Positions 61,759 through 64,000 of a stretch of 64,000 bases of DNA are shown here, piece by piece. Numbering within the stretch: the stretch's first letter is position 1; each line of letters starts with the position of its first letter. Under the pieces are notes generated by a model. It was not told the origin of the DNA, searched no databases, and saw only the letters and a program-made list of their open reading frames with translations. The position numbers were made by a program, and so were the translations under genes. Location: contig CM075992.1 of assembly GCA_038087875.1 (NCBI GenBank), positions 7,316,001 to 7,380,000 on the forward strand, read 5' to 3'. Origin of the DNA: Malacoraja senta (Eukaryota).

Positions 61759-62048
61759 TGGGCGGCACGGTGGCGCAGCAGTAGAGTTGCTGCCTTACAG
61801 CGCTTGCAGCGCCCGAGACCCGGGTTCGATCCATCTACGGGTGCTGTCTGTATGGAGTCTGTACGTTCTCCCCATGACCTGCATGGGTTTTCTCCGAGAT
61901 CTTCGGTTTCCTCCCACACTCCAAAGAGAATGTAGGTAAATGTAAAAATTGTCCCTAGTGTTAGTGTTAACGTGCGGGGATCGCTGGTAGGCGTTGACGC
62001 AGTGGGCCGAAGGGCCTAATTCCACACTGTATCTCTAAACTAAACTAA
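61759..62048 (+). mobile_element. HE1/V-SINE-like SINE (further copies at ~13568, 14920, 20791, 29497, 31840, 50395, 50945, 57850, 59935)
   Basis: gggcggcacggtggcgcagcagtagag...ggttcgatcc...ctctaaactaaac. Confidence 0.9.
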
Positions 62049-62674
62049 ATAAACATACCATGTGCCTTTCCATCAGTAGTTAGAGGGTGTGAGAAGTGTC
62101 CATAATGATTCTATCACACTCTGTTTACCCAGACTTCTAACCCTGCAGTAAAATATTAAAGAGGAAATTGCATTCAAATTCATGGTTTCTTGTTTCATGA
62201 AATATGAGTCCATTCTGTGTGGGACCCCAGGATCTCACAATCCACAACAACTTGGCTCACAAACGGTGTTACATTCCTCACAGTGCCTGCACCTCATTAG
62301 ATGTCGGGATTCTGTCAGGGCTAGCTACATGGAATAATAAGTAAGTCGTAAGGCATAGGAGCAGAATTAGGCCTTTCGGCCCATCGAGTCTATTCCGCTA
62401 TTCAATCTATCTCTCCCTCTCAACCCCATTCTCCAGCCATCTCCCCATAATCCTTGACACCCATACAAGAATTTTGAGTGCAACCATGACAGGGACGTTG
62501 TGGAAAACGAGAATTCCGGAATGAACAGATGTCTTTCGACAGCACCAGATAGCATGTGCCAGAGGTGCTAAACCTTGAAGGGGTTTAAGGGTAAAATGAT
62601 TTCCATTATAAATATTCAACAGAAATTGTTGTTGAAAAGCAAGTTGACAGAAGATGTATATGCCAATGTATGAT

Positions 62675-63307
62675 GTTTGGCATGTTGGCCTTCATAACAA
62701 GAGTTGAGCATAGGAGCAAAGAGGTCTTTTTGCAGTTGTATAGGGCCCTGGTGAGACCACACCTGGAGTATTGTGTGCAGTTTTGGTCTCCAAATCTGAG
62801 GAAGGACATTCTTGCTATTGAGGAGTGCAGTGTAGGTTCACGAGGTTAATTCCTGGGATGGCAGGACTGTTGTATGTTGAAAAAAATGAGCGACTGCGCT
62901 TGTATACACTGGAATTTAGAAGGATGAGAGTGGATCTTATTGAAACATATAAGATTATTAAGGGATTGGACACGCTAGAGGCAGGAAACATGTTCCCGAT
63001 GTTGGGGGAGTCCAGAACCAGGGGCCACAGTTTAAGAATAACGGGTAAGCCATTTAGAACGGAGACGAGGAAACAATTTTTCACACAGAGAGTTGTGAAT
63101 CTGCCTCAGAAGGCAGTGGAGGTCGGTTCTCTGGATGCTTTCAAGAGAGAGTTAGATAGAGGTCTTAAAGATAGCGAAGTCAAGGATATGGGGAGAAGGC
63201 AGGAACGAGGTACTGATTGTGGATGATCAGCCATGATCACAGTGAATGGCGGTGCTGGCTCGATGGGCCGAATGGCCTAATCCTGCACCTATTGTCTATT
63301 GTCTATT
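62675..63307 (+). mobile_element. CR1-like LINE 3' fragment
   Basis: ORF 62825-63226 [12 protein letters not shown]...RTRGHSLRI; (CTATTGT)n tail. Confidence 0.92.
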
Positions 63308-64000
63308 TAATATTAAAACTCTCTGCCTTAAAAATACCCAATGAGTTGGCCTCCACTATTTGAGGTGATGCTGTTTAGGGGAGCTGATATGGGTAGGACA
63401 TGTGTCATGAATGGTAAGGAGTGAGATAATTATAGAGGAACAAAGGGACATGGGGTTTATTTATAAAGATCCCTTGAGTAACACAATGAAGCAGATCAGA
63501 ATGTTTAAAGAAATGTTTCCCTTTTTCTGCTGGTGATGTTTGAGTAATTCACACTCCCACTCGAACACATGCAACACACTTATTATTGGTGAGAAGTAAA
63601 GAAAGAGTGTGGCAATGAATGCCAGCCTGACAGTGTTTAGAATATGGATCTCATTAAGACAGGGAGTGGAGACTAGTCCCAAGATATCTTCGTAAGGAAA
63701 ATACAGACTTGAGAGAAAGAGAGATTGAGAATGTGGAACACATGATTAGTAAGTTTGCAGATGACATTAAAGTGCGTGGCATTGTAGATAGTGAAGATGG
63801 TTATCAGCAGGATCTTGATCAGTTGGACAAGTGGGCTGAGCAGTGGTTAATGGAGTTTAATGCAGATAATAATAATAATAATAATTCATTTTATTTGCTG
63901 GCGCCTTTCTAACACCCAAGGACACCTTACAAGGCATAGAATCACAAAAATACAAAACACATAATCGGAAAAAATTAAATATAAAAACACCACAGTACAC

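Noticed and set aside
62284-62340. Possible 57-nt exon ending in gtaagt
   Set aside because: TAG in the required frame; the apparent donor is the edge of a CR1-type tail fragment.

Overview
Eukaryotic genomic DNA, not prokaryotic. The repeat content (tRNA-headed HE1/V-SINE-like elements, CR1/HER1-like LINEs, Rex1-like and Penelope-like fragments) points to a cartilaginous fish, probably a skate or ray (inference). The window holds a tandem + strand cluster of type II C-type lectin genes of the CD209/CD23/CLEC4 type, reconstructed by hand from GT-AG exons that the ORF track mostly misses. Gene 1 (1085-8508) is the 3' part of an EPN-type lectin pseudogene with two premature TGA stops. Gene 2 (13145-24990) has an open frame with a YQNI tail, a Cys-rich stalk and a non-canonical QPQ/WHD domain, but no visible transmembrane exon; its first intron carries an inverted, internally deleted relic of a gene 1 paralog. 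Gene 3 (27230 to beyond 60818) is the main discovery: cytoplasmic and TM exons followed by at least 16 separate, diverged phase 1-1 mini-exons (13 of exactly 75 nt), each encoding one ~25-aa coiled-coil neck repeat (393 aa so far). Its lectin domain is not in the window. Also present: a 260-bp TSD-flanked LTR+tRNA insertion resembling a fossil reverse-transcription intermediate, a class I ERV pol fragment, and many Penelope-derived repeats with a hammerhead-ribozyme-like core. Repeat boundaries are approximate and were read by eye.
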